Assembly: GCA_001949185.1 (NCBI GenBank)
Contig: BDGG01000001.1
Coordinates: 5,927,591-5,991,590 of the forward strand
Direction of reading: 5' to 3'
Length of the DNA stretch: 64,000 nt
Origin: Ramazzottius varieornatus
Taxonomy: Eukaryota; Animalia; Tardigrada
Shown: positions 62,379-64,000 of the stretch, piece after piece
Position numbering within the stretch: position 1 is the first letter of the stretch
Layout: each line of letters begins with the position of its first letter
The notes under the pieces: model-generated
What the model was told of the DNA's origin: nothing
What the model saw: the letters and a program-made list of their open reading frames with translations, nothing else
Database searches by the model: none
Program-made: the position numbers and the translations under genes

Positions 62379-63604
62379 TCAAAGCACCATTTCTTTCAAA
62401 TTTTTCTCATCATTCAAACTTCTAACATGGCGGAGGAACAAAGTGACAACTGTGAGGGTGGTGGCGTTGGTAGGAAAAGAGCGCACCAGCGTAGTCCCGA
62501 GACCTCGAGTAAAGACAGACCACCCTTCCTTCCGATAGCTGTCCATCGCGCATTGCCTGGCGGAAGTGTACCTGTCGTTCGTTTGGTATCTCGACTTGAC
62601 CACGTCTTGGGGGAAACAGGTCAACCAGGATATGACACCACTCATTCCACCGGCTAATATCAAGCGCCCGATTCCCATGTGTCCGTGTACGATTTTACCG
62701 TTTTCATCAACGGTATCCGTCGGGGTGAAAACTTTGGTGAGAAGCCCGTATGTCAAGAAATAGCTGCCGAAAGAGGGTATCTCGCGAGTCAAGGTCCACG
62801 CAAAACCTCGATACATCCCGGGAAGACCTGAAACCACAGTTGGCCTAGAACTTCCGGTGGAGCTTCTGAATGACTGCTCACCTTGCTTTCTATAAAGGTG
62901 CCGCAGGACGTCCAACGGACCTTTATAGAATGTCGGCTGTGGCGTGCTTGAAGAAGGTGGTATTTGGTTGCGGAGACCTTGGAGTTGCATGCGGGTCTTC
63001 GCTAGTTCAAGCGGGCAAGAGATGACAGACTGGACGCAACCAGTAAAGGCCCCGGCGAGGAACTGGTTGCGAGAGGAATTTTCGCCCAGCAAGCGCATAG
63101 TGTTACCGTAGGTCCCGAAGACAATGGCCTGCGTCACAGCGACACCGTACAGCGGGCTGGTCATCCCTTTGTACAGACCCCAGAAGGATTCTTGCTTGAC
63201 CATGGTCTTTAGGCAGTGCACTGGTCCGTTGTAGAGGGGCGCTGCAGTACTTTGAGTTTGCAGACGTACTTTGACCATGTCCAAGGGCTGCAACGAGCGT
63301 AACTGTGGACATATGGAATTTTGGTCGTAGAATTTGGAGTGGTTCAAGCTTATTGTGCTTTCACACGGTGCAATTTTATGGTTCGCGATGACGTCACGCT
63401 GCATACACTACTGACTACTGACGGTGCTGAAAATGCATTTCTTCCGGTGGTCACGTGACGCTAGTTACCGTTGATTGATGCTATAAGACCGCTTGACCAC
63501 CGGAAGGGATGCATTTTCGGCACTGTAGAACTTACGTATCCGACAGTTACTCCGGCACATCCTCCTAGTGTGCCAGCCACAAAATCAGCTAGAACAGGAT
63601 GCAT
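62379..63604 (-). CDS. SLC25A29: Mitochondrial carrier, basic amino acid / SLC25A29-45-48 group
   Basis: DFVAGTLGGCAGVTVG, three carrier signatures (PLDMVKVR, PLELAKTR, PQDVVKSR), and GLYKGMTSP, REIPSF and RSFPTNA. The exact paralog is uncertain. Confidence 0.85.
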
Positions 63605-64000
63605 ACAGCGTTGACAGTAGTAGTTCAAACCAAGATGCGAATAATAATGATAGATGATCCAGAATGAAATGCAGTTAGTAGCAGGGATAATAACGGTCAA
63701 GGCAGTGGCAGCTGGAAGACGTGTAGCTTCGGCCTGATAACGACAGACGAACTATAGTAAACGAACCATCATTCTTCAATGAATCCAAGAAGTTCGAAGT
63801 GCTTCATCTACATTGCTGGAGGTTATTGTGGCGCACCCGAGATTCGAAATCAGCTTGTGACTGCAGTTCAGTGCTGCTTGCTTTGCTCCACATTCCACGT
63901 GGTGCAGTATACTTCCGTCTACACTACGCCTCCTCCTATTATGCAACGAAGTATTCGGTGAGTCAGGCTGCGTTATCGTCAGCCGCGCTGTCGTGCTATA

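Noticed and set aside
1-64000. tRNA/rRNA genes and prokaryotic operons
   Set aside because: None recognised by eye; tRNAscan-SE or Infernal would be needed to exclude small RNAs.

Overview
This is eukaryotic (animal) genomic DNA, with short GT-AG introns, about 47% GC by eye and dense genes. That pattern fits a compact invertebrate genome; a tardigrade-like source is my inference and is not verified. Host genes are the 3' part of strumpellin/WASHC5, ODR4, a secreted Gln/Pro-rich low-complexity protein, a two-MAM-domain surface protein, a CUB-LDLa-S1 serine protease, an intronless aminergic-type GPCR, poly(A) polymerase, an F-box protein, MPV17L2, CCDC32 and an SLC25A29-like mitochondrial carrier. 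Between them lie mostly inactivated transposons. These are a CMC/EnSpm transposase followed by a chromodomain ORF, a full-length hAT (17-bp TIRs, 8-bp TSD, catalytic segment deleted), a full-length Tc4/Tc5-like DD37D element at a CTNAG target, a MULE transposase with SWIM and a C-terminal Cys/His finger, hAT/Helitron/MULE/Ulp1 relics, a chromovirus-like integrase tail and several MITE-like elements. The most unusual signal is a dispersed 45-bp unit, AGTGGCGCAC-N25-GTGCGCCACT, with conserved palindromic arms and a fixed-length but variable spacer. It occurs at least 7 times, mostly in introns. There are two assembly gaps (21284-21607, 38468-38517). All calls come from reading the sequence by eye; exon boundaries are hand-predicted.
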